Assembly: GCA_963715485.1 (NCBI GenBank)
Contig: OY970244.1
Coordinates: forward strand, 1,316,717-1,380,716
DNA from: an uncultured Gammaproteobacteria bacterium
Lineage (GTDB): Bacteria; Pseudomonadota; Gammaproteobacteria; Steroidobacterales; Steroidobacteraceae
Direction of reading: 5' to 3'
DNA length: 64,000 nt
Part shown: positions 47,986-57,252 of the stretch, one piece after another
How positions within the stretch are numbered: position 1 is the stretch's first letter
How the letters are laid out: each line of letters opens with the position of its first letter
The notes under the pieces: model-generated
What the model saw: only the letters and a program-made list of their open reading frames with translations
What the model was told of the DNA's origin: nothing
Databases searched by the model: none
Made by a program: the position numbers and the translations under genes

Positions 47986-49611
47986 GTGGCTGATCGACTC
48001 ACCGGGATAGACGTTCGCGAAGACGCTGGTGCCGAGCAATCCATTGCCCGTGCGCCGACGGGCATTACTGCCTTCATAGGGCGGACGCTCCGTGGTCCCC
48101 TCAATCGCCCGGTCATGATCCGCGGGTTCGCCGAGTTCGAGCGTTTTTTCGGTGGCCTGTGGCAGCCGAGCACGGTGTCGTACGCAGTCGAGCAGTTCTT
48201 CGAGGCCGGTGGATCGACCGCGATCGTCGTCCGGGTCGCGAACGGCGCGCGACCTTGTACGCTGGTGCTGCCGGCAGGAGACGAATGGCTGACCTTGCGC
48301 GCCGTGGCGACGGGTACGCGGGAATTCCTGCGTGCCGCCGTGGACTACGACGGCATCGGCGACAACGAGCAGGACCGCTTCAACCTGGTGCTTCAGCGAG
48401 TCCGCAGCCACGGTTCCGAGCACATCGAGGACCAGGAAATATACCGCCGTTTGTCCGCCGATCCGCAGTCCTCGCGGTTCGTCGCGACCGCGCTGGTGGA
48501 GTCCCAGCTGGCCCGGGTTGCCGGCGACGTCCCGGCGATCCGTCCGGCGCTCACAAGGGCCATCAGCGGTCGCGGCCTGGCCGCTTACGTCAACTCCAGT
48601 TCAGACGGGGACGACGGCGGCCCGTTGACCGACTACGACATCATTGGATCGGCTGCGGAGGGCACGGGACTGTTCGCGCTGGGCGCGGCAGAGACCATCA
48701 ATTTCCTGTGCATTCCGCCGCTCTCGCGCGACGTCGACATAGGTCCCAGCACCTTGCTGGTGGCCAACCGCTACTGTCGCGACCGCCGGGCGCTGCTCGT
48801 TGTCGATCCGCCGCTCTCCTGGGACACCCCCGAGGCCGCCATCTCCGGCGCACGTGACTGGGGTTTCGCGAGCGAAGATGCGGTGATGTACTTCCCGCGG
48901 CTTCTCGCGCTCGACAAGCTGCGTGGGCGTTTCGAGGCATTCAGTTCCTGTGGCGCGGTCGCCGGCATGCTGGTCCGGGGAGACGAGCACGGCCGATTCT
49001 GGTCCATGCCGACGGGAGACGAGGCCGTCCTGAGGCCCAGCCTGCGGCCGCTTTGCCCGGTTGGCGAAGACGATCGGCTGAGGCTGGCAGCCCTGGGAAT
49101 CAATGTCATTGCTGCGTCCCGCGCTCCGGGTAGCAGCCGGCCCGCGGCCCGCACGCTGGCGGGTCCTGGCGCCCAGTCGCCCGATTGGCGGCTGCTGGGT
49201 CGCCGCAGGCTGGCGCTGTTCGTTCTCAATAGCATCGAGCGCGGTACGCGCTGGATGCTGTTCGAGCCGAACGAACCAGCGCTGTGGAACCGCGCCAGCA
49301 GCCAGTTGCGCGCGTTCTTCGAATCGCTGGAGGCCGAGGGCGCGTTCGCGGGCCGGGCGCCGGACGATCGCTGGTTCGTGGTTTGCGACGAGCGCATCAA
49401 TCGACATAGCGAGCGGGATCGGGGCGCGGTCAACCTGCTGTTTGGATTTCCCGCTGCCCGCGCGGGCCAGTTCCATTCCTTCCTGGTCAGTCATCGCGCC
49501 GGCGGCAGCCGGGTGAAGCCGGTCAGCCTCAATCGCCTCCAGGCAGAGACTGCGCATCCTGAGGCGCTGATCGACGCCGTGGAACCCCTGCCGTTCATCC
49601 AGGCGGGTTGA
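47986..49611 (+). CDS. phage tail sheath family protein (contractile sheath homolog), solitary
   Basis: The N-terminal GITAFIGRTLRGPLNRPVMIRGFAEFERFFGG, the middle INFLCIPP..RYCRDRRALLVVDPP..AVMYFPRL, and the C-terminal RWMLFEPNEPALWNRASSQLRAFFESLEAEGAFAG..FVVCDERIN match sheath family blocks. GTG start with an AAGGGGAG RBS. Confidence 0.8.
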   Translation: MADRLTGIDVREDAGAEQSIARAPTGITAFIGRTLRGPLNRPVMIRGFAEFERFFGGLWQPSTVSYAVEQFFEAGGSTAIVVRVANGARPCTLVLPAGDEWLTLRAVATGTREFLRAAVDYDGIGDNEQDRFNLVLQRVRSHGSEHIEDQEIYRRLSADPQSSRFVATALVESQLARVAGDVPAIRPALTRAISGRGLAAYVNSSSDGDDGGPLTDYDIIGSAAEGTGLFALGAAETINFLCIPPLSRDVDIGPSTLLVANRYCRDRRALLVVDPPLSWDTPEAAISGARDWGFASEDAVMYFPRLLALDKLRGRFEAFSSCGAVAGMLVRGDEHGRFWSMPTGDEAVLRPSLRPLCPVGEDDRLRLAALGINVIAASRAPGSSRPAARTLAGPGAQSPDWRLLGRRRLALFVLNSIERGTRWMLFEPNEPALWNRASSQLRAFFESLEAEGAFAGRAPDDRWFVVCDERINRHSERDRGAVNLLFGFPAARAGQFHSFLVSHRAGGSRVKPVSLNRLQAETAHPEALIDAVEPLPFIQAG

Positions 49612-49620
49612 TCGGAGCGG

Positions 49621-50025
49621 ATGCCGCGTGACTCGGCAGGGCGCTCTTTCCTTGCACGGTCGCAGCCGGTGAGTACCGACCAGGATACGCTCGAGCAGAT
49701 CTGGCGTGCGATTGCGGCTATTCCCTGTGGGCAGGTGGACAGTTACGGTGGCGTAGCCAGCCGGGCTGGACTACCGCGACGCGCGCGCCTGGTCGGCCAC
49801 GCACTGAAAGTGGCGCCGCGCGAGCTGAACCTTCCCTGGCATCGCGTGTTGAACGCCAGTGGCCGCATCAGCTTTCCGGAGGGCACGCGGCTGTACTCCC
49901 TGCAGCGGCGCAAACTCGAGGCCGAAGGGGTGCGGTTCGAGGGTGGACGGGTGCAGCGCAAGGTTCTGGAGGATCCGAACAGCCTCGACCGACTGCTGTG
50001 GGGTCCGCCTGCTTCGTCGTCGTGA
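49621..50025 (+). CDS. MGMT family protein, alkyltransferase-like (ATL; active-site Cys replaced by Trp)
   Basis: IPCGQVDSYGGVA..LPWHRVLNASGRISF. PWHRV replaces PCHRV, as in YbaZ-type ATL proteins. The gene starts 9 nt after the sheath stop. Confidence 0.85.
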   Translation: MPRDSAGRSFLARSQPVSTDQDTLEQIWRAIAAIPCGQVDSYGGVASRAGLPRRARLVGHALKVAPRELNLPWHRVLNASGRISFPEGTRLYSLQRRKLEAEGVRFEGGRVQRKVLEDPNSLDRLLWGPPASSS

Positions 50026-50074
50026 CTCCACTGACCCGGTGGTAACATCGCGGTCGGCGTCAGCGGAGTGGCCC

Positions 50075-50599
50075 ATGCCCAGACGACACGTGATTTTCTC
50101 TCACGGCAAGGAGAGCGGCCCCTGGGGATCGAAGATCGCGGCCATGGCCGAGGTAGCGCGAAGCGAGGGCTTCGAGGCGGATTCCGTCGACTACCGCGGG
50201 ATCGGCGACCCGAAGGACAGGGTGACCAGGTTGCTCAGCTTCTGCCGCGACCTGCGTGGCGACCTGGTGCTGGTCGGGTCGAGCATGGGCGGGCACGTTG
50301 CGACCTCGGCATCGGCCCTGCTGCGCGCGCGCGGCTTGTTCCTGCTGGCGCCAGCCTTCTACATGCCCGGCCACGAGGAATTGACCCCGAAGCCGGCCGA
50401 ATGCCCGATGACCATCGTGCATGGCTGGAAGGACACCGTGGTGCCGGTCGAAAACAGCATCCGCTACGCGCGCGAATACGGCGCGACGCTACACATCATC
50501 AACTCCGATCACCGCATGCAGGACCAGATTACCCTGATCAACTACCTGTTCGAGTACTTCCTGGTTGCACTGGACCTGCCCTATCTGCAAAAGAAGTAA
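50075..50599 (+). CDS. alpha/beta hydrolase (small esterase-like)
   Basis: The nucleophile elbow GSSMGG, VHGWKDTVVP and NSDHRM suggest a Ser-Asp-His triad. A GGAG RBS precedes the ATG at 50075. Confidence 0.75.
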   Translation: MPRRHVIFSHGKESGPWGSKIAAMAEVARSEGFEADSVDYRGIGDPKDRVTRLLSFCRDLRGDLVLVGSSMGGHVATSASALLRARGLFLLAPAFYMPGHEELTPKPAECPMTIVHGWKDTVVPVENSIRYAREYGATLHIINSDHRMQDQITLINYLFEYFLVALDLPYLQKK

Positions 50600-50718
50600 C
50601 TCGTCGCGGCGCCCTCGACGGCGCCGCCGGCGGCCCGCTGGCCGGCACCTCCTGCCGGGCGATCCGTCCAAGGTCGGTTCGCGGTAGACTGCCGGCATTT
50701 CCCGGGGGGAGAGCCTGC

Positions 50719-50949
50719 ATGCCCCAGCCAGTCAGAACGATTGCGATGCTCCTGTTCGTGCTGCTTGCTGCCTGCGGCGGCGGCGAGAAGAAGGAGCGCG
50801 AGGTGATGAAGCCGGAGGAGACTGTCTTCCGCGACCTCGTCACAGCGCCGCAGAAGGCAGAGGATCGCACCAACGCCGCGATGGACGCGCATCGCGAAGC
50901 CCTCGAGAAGCAGTTGCGCGAAAGCGAAGGCGACGGATCCGAGGAATAG
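50719..50949 (+). CDS. small lipoprotein (76 aa)
   Basis: Lipobox VLLAAC with an acidic, charged mature part. A GGGAGAG RBS is present. It lies in the frame of track ORF 50068..50949. Confidence 0.6.
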   Translation: MPQPVRTIAMLLFVLLAACGGGEKKEREVMKPEETVFRDLVTAPQKAEDRTNAAMDAHREALEKQLRESEGDGSEE

Positions 50950-51024
50950 GCCAGCGCATCGCAGCAGGGCCGGCCGCCAGCAGCCGGGCCGGCAGCGACA
51001 GCGACCGCCTGCAAGAATGACCCA

Positions 51025-53487
51025 ATGATTCGTTTTCTCGGACTCGACCGTAGTTTTCTGTGGATGATGCGCGGCATCTCCCGTCTCTTCGTGCGCCCCA
51101 CCGTCGCGCCGGCCGACGCGACCACACGGCTCAGTGGAAGGACGCGTCCGGTGATGTATGTGCTGGACGAGCGCAGCCTTTCCGATTTCCTGGCGGTTGA
51201 GCAGGTCTGCATGGACGCGGGACTGCGCAGGCCCGGCAAACGGCTGGCCACCGGGGAACTGGTGCTGCCACGTTCCTACGTTGCACTCGAGCGACGCGCC
51301 GGCGTCTTGCGCAAGCGTCCCGACAGGCGCATGCCGCCGGAACTCCAGTCGGCCATGGCTGCCGCGGCCGCCGATCCAGAGCTGCAGCTGGATATCGTTC
51401 CGGTGGCGGTCTTCTGGGGCCGTGCGCCCCAGCGTGAGCGTTCCTGGCTCGACCTCGTGCTGTCCGAGAGCTGGGCGATGGTGGGCCCCTTCAGGCGATC
51501 GATGTCGGCGCTGTTCAACGGCCGCGCGACGCTGATCCGCTTCGGTGACCCGCGGCCGGCCCGGTCCTGGGTCGTGGAGGGGCAGGACCCGGCCCGCGCG
51601 GCGCGAAAACTGCTCAAGGACCTGCGCGCCGAATTCCGCCACATGCGTGTCGACAGCGTCGGTCCGGAACTTGCGACGAGGCGGGTGATGGTGGCGCAGG
51701 TCCTGCACACGCGTGCGGTGCGACAGGCCGTAAGGCAGGAAATGCGGGAACGAAACGTGACCCGGCGGGAGGCACTGCGGCAGGCGCGCAAGCTGGCGAT
51801 GGAGATCTCGGCCGACTATTCACACGCCTTTGTTCGGCTCATGGACCGGTTGCTGACCTGGCTGTGGACCCGGCTCTACGACGGTGTCGAGGTGCGCAAC
51901 GCCGAGCACCTCGACCGCCTGCCAGCGGGTTGCGAGATCGCCTACGTGCCCTGCCACCGCAGCCACATGGACTACCTGCTGCTGTCCTACGTCATCTACT
52001 ACCGCGGCTACGCCGTTCCCTACGTCGCCGCGGGAATCAATCTCAACCTCCCGGTCATCGGCCGCTTCCTTCGTATGGGCGGCGCCTTTTTCATTCGCCG
52101 TTCCTTCCGCGGTAGCGGCCTGTACCCGGTCGTTTTCACCAAGTACGTCGACGTGCTCATGGGACGTGGCCACCCCATCGAGTTCTTCATCGAAGGCGGG
52201 CGAAGCCGTACCGGCCGGCTGCTGACCCCCAAGACCGGAATGCTGGCGATGACCGTCCGCAGCTTCCTCAGGAATCCGCAGCGCGCGGTCGCCTACGTGC
52301 CGGTCTATTTTGGCTACGAGCGCCTGTTCGAAGGCCGGACCTACATTGGCGAGTTGTCCGGGAAAGCGAAGGAAAGGGAGTCTGTTTTCGGGCTGGTGAA
52401 AACACTGCCGGCATTGCGCCAGCGCTTCGGCAAGGTGCACGTCAGCTTCGGTGAGCCCGTGCTGCTGGCGGATGCGATCGCACGTGTCGAACCTGACTGG
52501 AAGCAGTCGATCGGTTCGGACGACGCCCGCCCGCCGTGGTTTGCCGAAGCCATCGATAGCGTCGCCGGGACGATCATGCGGCGGATCAACGCGGCTGCTG
52601 CAGTCACGCCGATCAACCTCCTCGGTGTCGCACTGCTGGCGACGCCGCGGCAGGCCATGGTCGAGGCGGACCTGATCCGGCTACTCGAGCTGTACGTCGA
52701 AGTGTTGAAGCAATGCCCTTATTCGCCCGATGTGGCGCTTCCCGAGATCGGTGGGGCCGCGATGATCCGCCATGGTGAGGCGATGCAGGTGCTCGAGCGG
52801 CAAGCGCACCCGCTCGGCGACGTGATCAGGATGCCCGAGGAGGGGGCGGTACTGTGCACCTACTATCGCAACAACGTCATCCATCTGTTTGCCTTGCCGT
52901 CGCTGGTGGCCTGCGCGTTCCTGAACAACGCGGCCATGCGCGGCGAGGACGTGCAGCGGCTGGTCTGGCGCGCCTATCCCTATGTCAGGCAGGAGCTGAC
53001 CTTGCGGTGGACCGAAGAGGAGGTGCCGGGAGTGGTCGACGCCGTGCTGGACACGCTGGCTCGCAACGGCCTGCTGGAGCGGAGCGAAGACGGCAAGGTC
53101 TGGCGACGTCCGTCCACCGGCACGGTTGAGGCGGTGCAGTTGTCCCTGTTGGCCCAGGCCACAATCCAGACGATCGAGCGCTACTACCTGGTGATCGCGC
53201 TGCTGCTGCGCGCCGGGACCGGCGAGCTGACCCAGGACGGGCTCGAGCGACGCTGCACGGCGATGGCCCAGCGGATGGCGATGCTTTACGGGCTGAACGC
53301 ACCGGAGTTCTTCGACCGCACGATGTTCCGCGACTTCATCGGGCGGCTGCTGGCGCGGGGCGTGATCGAGGCCGGGGCCGAGGGGCGGCTGCTGTTTGGC
53401 GAAGCGCTGCTGGCCGTGGCGGATGATGCCCGCGTGGTGCTCTCGGAGCAGATCCGCAACAGCATTCTCCAGGTCACCCACGGGTAA
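51025..53487 (+). CDS. plsB: glycerol-3-phosphate 1-O-acyltransferase
   Basis: An 820-aa protein with the HXXXXD motif (CHRSHMDYLLLSY) and FFIRRSF, EFFIEGGRSRTGRLL, typical of PlsB. Confidence 0.92.
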   Translation: MIRFLGLDRSFLWMMRGISRLFVRPTVAPADATTRLSGRTRPVMYVLDERSLSDFLAVEQVCMDAGLRRPGKRLATGELVLPRSYVALERRAGVLRKRPDRRMPPELQSAMAAAAADPELQLDIVPVAVFWGRAPQRERSWLDLVLSESWAMVGPFRRSMSALFNGRATLIRFGDPRPARSWVVEGQDPARAARKLLKDLRAEFRHMRVDSVGPELATRRVMVAQVLHTRAVRQAVRQEMRERNVTRREALRQARKLAMEISADYSHAFVRLMDRLLTWLWTRLYDGVEVRNAEHLDRLPAGCEIAYVPCHRSHMDYLLLSYVIYYRGYAVPYVAAGINLNLPVIGRFLRMGGAFFIRRSFRGSGLYPVVFTKYVDVLMGRGHPIEFFIEGGRSRTGRLLTPKTGMLAMTVRSFLRNPQRAVAYVPVYFGYERLFEGRTYIGELSGKAKERESVFGLVKTLPALRQRFGKVHVSFGEPVLLADAIARVEPDWKQSIGSDDARPPWFAEAIDSVAGTIMRRINAAAAVTPINLLGVALLATPRQAMVEADLIRLLELYVEVLKQCPYSPDVALPEIGGAAMIRHGEAMQVLERQAHPLGDVIRMPEEGAVLCTYYRNNVIHLFALPSLVACAFLNNAAMRGEDVQRLVWRAYPYVRQELTLRWTEEEVPGVVDAVLDTLARNGLLERSEDGKVWRRPSTGTVEAVQLSLLAQATIQTIERYYLVIALLLRAGTGELTQDGLERRCTAMAQRMAMLYGLNAPEFFDRTMFRDFIGRLLARGVIEAGAEGRLLFGEALLAVADDARVVLSEQIRNSILQVTHG

Positions 53488-53523
53488 TTTCTTGCGGTGC
53501 AAAACAAGTCTGGAGTAGGTAGT

Positions 53524-53538
53524 GGCCTAGGCTAGGCC
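53524..53538. promoter_or_regulatory. 15-bp perfect palindrome GGCCTAG-G-CTAGGCC next to a TATACT -10-like hexamer (53555-53560)
   Basis: Read directly, about 140-150 nt upstream of the DUF1302 gene. Function unassigned. Confidence 0.2.
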
Positions 53539-53688
53539 GCAGAATTCTCGCTGATATACTGCCGGCGCTGTTGTGTGCAAAGCGCCTCGATTGGTGTCGA
53601 CGCCACATCCAGTGGCCTGGGTCTCGGGATTGCTGAGTCGGGCCTTTGTCTGTCGGGTGCTCTCGATCGTCAGATAATGGGGAACACA

Positions 53689-55782
53689 ATGATCACTCAA
53701 TCCGCCAGGGTCCAGCCGCGTCCGGTGCGGGCCGCTGTGACTGCGACACTGCTAACGGCTGGCCTGCTCGCGGCCGGATCGGCGCAGGCGTTTGATTTCA
53801 AGATGGGCAGCTGGGACGGCAACTGGAACACGACGCTGTCCTACGGCCAGCTGTGGCGAGTGGAGGATCGCGACCTCAGGCTCATCGGCACCGCCGACGG
53901 TGGCGTGGGCCGCTCCCCGAACATCGACGATGGCAACCTCAACTACAAGAAGGGCATCGTCTCGAACGCGGCCAAATTCGTCACCGAGCTGTCCCTGAGC
54001 CGCGACAGCTACGGCCTGTTCATCCGCGCCAACGGCCTGTACGACTACGAGGTCGAGCAGGGCAAGACCGAGCGTACCCCGATTTCCGAGACCGGCAAGA
54101 ACCTCGCCGGATCCTACGTCCGGCTGCTCGACGCGTTCGTCTACGGCCGCTGGGACCTGAGCGGCCACGAGCTCGGCCTGCGCGCCGGCAGCATGGTGGT
54201 CAACTGGGGCGAGAGCACCTTCATCCAGGGTGGCATCAACAGTGCCATCAACCACTTCGACGTCTCGTCCCTGCGTATCCCGGGTGCCGAGTTGCGCGAG
54301 GCCTACCTGCCGCAGGAGATGGTCAAGGCGTCCTACTCCTTTACCGAAAACGTGAATGGCGAGTTGCTGTACCTGTTCGGCTGGGACCAGACCCAGCCTG
54401 AGCCGGCCGGCACCTATTTCTCGAGCAACGATTTTGCGGTGCGCGGCGGCCGGCGAGCATACCTCGGTTTCGGGGCATTTTCCGACCAGGGTGTCGACTA
54501 CACGCCGCTCGGCGGCCCCTTCATCAAGGACTTCCAGGGCATCCCGCGCGGCGAGACCCGCCACGCCAGCGACAACGGCCAGTACGGCGGGGCGCTCAAG
54601 TGGTACCTGCCAGACTTCAGCAGCGGGACCGAGATCGGGCTGTATTTCATGAACTACCACAGCAAGGTGCCGCTGATCAGTGGGCGCACCGGCACGCAGG
54701 CCGGGGTCGGCAATGCGGTGGGTGCGGCGGTCGGCATGCAGGCGACGGCAATTGCGCTGGCCTCGGGACTGCCCACGGCCACGGCTATCGCCATCGGCAC
54801 CGCACAGGGTGCCGGTGCCGCGGCGCAGGCGGGTGGCGACATCTCCGCCTCGACGCTGAGTGGCTACGCGACCATCGCAGCCAATACGGCGCTCGGCGGC
54901 GGCAGTGTCGTTGCGCAGATCAATAACCTGGCCACGCACGAGTACACCATCACCACACAGTACTTCACCGAATATCCTGAGGATCTGTCGCTCATCGGCC
55001 TCAGTTTCAACACGTCGGTCGGCACCACCGGCATCGCGCTGCAGGGCGAGGTGTCCTACAAGATGGACCAGCCGCTGCAATACGATGACATCGAGGTGCT
55101 GTTCGCGGCACTGGCTCCCGTGCAGAACACGCTCTATACGTTACTCGGCATCCCACTGCCCGCGACCTGTACTCCGTCAAACCCGACGGTCTATACCTGC
55201 AATCAGGTCGGACGGTTCGGGATCGACCAGGAGGTCAAGGGCTGGGACAGCTTCGACATCATCCAGGCGCAGATGACCGCCACGAAGGTCTTCGGGCCGA
55301 TGCTTGGCGCATCGCAGTTCGTGACCCTGATTGAGGTCGGCATGACGTCGGTCCTGGACTTCCCGGACAAGCAGACGGGTGGGCCGCAGGGCCTGGGGCT
55401 GCGTTTCAATGGGCCCGGTACCTCTGTGTCCGGCAACGCGGCGCTGGCCGGCCGCCATTTCGGCGAAGTCGAGCCACAGAATCGCTTCGCCGACGCGAAT
55501 TCCTGGGGCTATCGCCTGGCGCTCAGGCTCGACTACAACAACTTCATCGGCGCGTGGAACTTCAGCCCGCGGCTGGTGTTCGCGCACGACGTGAATGGTA
55601 CGACGCCGGGTCCCGGCGGCAACTTCGTCGACGGCCGCTACGCGGTGACCGTTGGCGCCGGCGCCAACTACCAGGCCAAGTGGGAAGTCGACTTGAGCTA
55701 CACGAGTTTTGGCGGCGCCAGCCGCTGGAATGACCTCAATGACCGCGACTTCATTGCGGCGACGCTGAAGTACTCGTTCTGA
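53689..55782 (+). CDS. DUF1302 family outer-membrane protein
   Basis: Signal peptide ending SAQA, then FDFKMGSWDGNWNTTLSYGQLWRVEDRD..NIDDGNLNYKKG and the C-terminal ..DRDFIAATLKYSF, typical of DUF1302. An alternative start exists at 53677. Confidence 0.85.
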   Translation: MITQSARVQPRPVRAAVTATLLTAGLLAAGSAQAFDFKMGSWDGNWNTTLSYGQLWRVEDRDLRLIGTADGGVGRSPNIDDGNLNYKKGIVSNAAKFVTELSLSRDSYGLFIRANGLYDYEVEQGKTERTPISETGKNLAGSYVRLLDAFVYGRWDLSGHELGLRAGSMVVNWGESTFIQGGINSAINHFDVSSLRIPGAELREAYLPQEMVKASYSFTENVNGELLYLFGWDQTQPEPAGTYFSSNDFAVRGGRRAYLGFGAFSDQGVDYTPLGGPFIKDFQGIPRGETRHASDNGQYGGALKWYLPDFSSGTEIGLYFMNYHSKVPLISGRTGTQAGVGNAVGAAVGMQATAIALASGLPTATAIAIGTAQGAGAAAQAGGDISASTLSGYATIAANTALGGGSVVAQINNLATHEYTITTQYFTEYPEDLSLIGLSFNTSVGTTGIALQGEVSYKMDQPLQYDDIEVLFAALAPVQNTLYTLLGIPLPATCTPSNPTVYTCNQVGRFGIDQEVKGWDSFDIIQAQMTATKVFGPMLGASQFVTLIEVGMTSVLDFPDKQTGGPQGLGLRFNGPGTSVSGNAALAGRHFGEVEPQNRFADANSWGYRLALRLDYNNFIGAWNFSPRLVFAHDVNGTTPGPGGNFVDGRYAVTVGAGANYQAKWEVDLSYTSFGGASRWNDLNDRDFIAATLKYSF

Positions 55783-55799
55783 TTTCCGGGAGAGATCAC

Positions 55800-57176
55800 A
55801 TGAAGTTCAAGATCCTTTCGAGCGTCGCCGCCCTCGCGATGTGCTGCGTCGCGGGTTCGGCCCTGGCCGCGGCCAGCGCCCAGGAAGCGGCCCGGCTCGG
55901 CGCGGACCTCACGCCGACGGGCGCCGAGAAGGCCGGCAATGCGGCCGGCACCATCCCGGCCTGGGAGGGCGGCATCACCTCGCCGGCCAAGGCAGGCTTC
56001 CCGAACTTCAAGACTGGGGGACACCACCCGGATCCGTTCGCTGCCGATAAACCGCTCTACAAGATCGATCCCTCGAACATGGGTAAGTACGACGCCCAGT
56101 TGACTGAGGGCCACAAGGCGCTGCTGGGGAAGTACAAGGACACGTACTTCATGAACGTGTATCCGAGCCGGCGCAGCGCCGCCTTCCCGCAGCGCATTTA
56201 CGACGCCACCAAGCAGAACGCGACGACGGCGAATACCAAGCCGAGCGGCAACGGCGTAACGGGCGCGATCATAGGCATTCCCTTCCCGATCCCGAAGTCG
56301 GGTGTCGAGGTCATCTGGAACCACATCATGCGCTACCGCGCGGACATCGCCGGCCGTGACTACGGCGCGGCCCCGGTGTTGCGCAGCGGCGATTACACCA
56401 ACGTGAAGTTCCACGAAGAGATCATCTTTGCCTACAGCCTTCCGGGCGCGACCGAAGAGGGGCTAGACAACGTCATCCTCTACTTCACGCAGGAGACCCT
56501 CGCGCCGCCTCGTTCTGCCGGCGAGATCCTGCTGGTCCACGAGACGCTCGACCAGGAGAAGGAAAACCGCCGCGCCTGGCTGTACAACCCCGGCCAGCGC
56601 CGGGTGCGGCGCGCACCGAACGTGGCGTTCGACAATCCGGGCACCGGCTCCGACGGCCTGCGGACCGCGGACCAGCTGGATCTGTACAACGGCAGCCCGG
56701 AACGCTACGACTGGAAGCTGGTAGGCAAGAAGGAAATGATCGTTCCCTACAATGCCTACCAGTTGCATTCCGGCGACCTCAAGTACAAGGACATGATCCG
56801 TCCGCTGCACATCAACCAGGAACACGCCCGTTACGAGCTGCATCGCGTGTGGGTAGTCGATGCCACCCTGAAACAGGGCCAGCGCCACATCTACAAGCGC
56901 CGTACTTTCTATGTCGATGAGGACTCCTGGCAGATCCTGGCGGTGGACTGCTATGACGGCCGGGACCAGCTGTGGCGCGTGCAGGAAGGCCATTCCATCA
57001 ATCATTACGACGTGCCGACCTTCTGGTCGACCCTGGAAACGACCTACGACCTGCAGTCCGGGCGCTATCTCGCGCTGGGTCTGGACAACGAAGAGCCGAT
57101 GACCGTCGACTTCAACCTGAAGCGGACTACGGCGGACTTCACGCCGGCGGCGATTGCGAGGCGCGGCACGCGCTGA
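55800..57176 (+). CDS. DUF1329 domain-containing protein (LolA-like periplasmic/outer-membrane protein)
   Basis: Signal peptide, then LTPTGAEKAGNAAGTIPAWEGG, ..NHIMRYRAD.. and ..RRVRRAPNVAFDNPGTGSDGLRTADQLD.., characteristic of DUF1329. Confidence 0.88.
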   Translation: MKFKILSSVAALAMCCVAGSALAAASAQEAARLGADLTPTGAEKAGNAAGTIPAWEGGITSPAKAGFPNFKTGGHHPDPFAADKPLYKIDPSNMGKYDAQLTEGHKALLGKYKDTYFMNVYPSRRSAAFPQRIYDATKQNATTANTKPSGNGVTGAIIGIPFPIPKSGVEVIWNHIMRYRADIAGRDYGAAPVLRSGDYTNVKFHEEIIFAYSLPGATEEGLDNVILYFTQETLAPPRSAGEILLVHETLDQEKENRRAWLYNPGQRRVRRAPNVAFDNPGTGSDGLRTADQLDLYNGSPERYDWKLVGKKEMIVPYNAYQLHSGDLKYKDMIRPLHINQEHARYELHRVWVVDATLKQGQRHIYKRRTFYVDEDSWQILAVDCYDGRDQLWRVQEGHSINHYDVPTFWSTLETTYDLQSGRYLALGLDNEEPMTVDFNLKRTTADFTPAAIARRGTR

Positions 57177-57252
57177 TGCGCTCGCCTGCGACTTGACGCG
57201 GGCTGGCGTGCCCCGTTGCGCCGGCCCGCTGGCGCGAACGGAAGAGGGGGGG

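Noticed and set aside
47722-48423. A minus-strand 233-aa ORF overlapping the small ORFs and the sheath start.
   Set aside because: It is antisense to the sheath N-terminus, which has clear family motifs. Its translation has no recognisable features.
47380-50030. Possibility that the sheath gene marks a prophage, tailocin or eCIS island.
   Set aside because: No tube, baseplate, spike, terminase, integrase, att-like repeat or compositional shift is visible around it, and the flanking genes are ordinary chromosomal genes. I therefore reported it as an orphan gene rather than as a mobile element.
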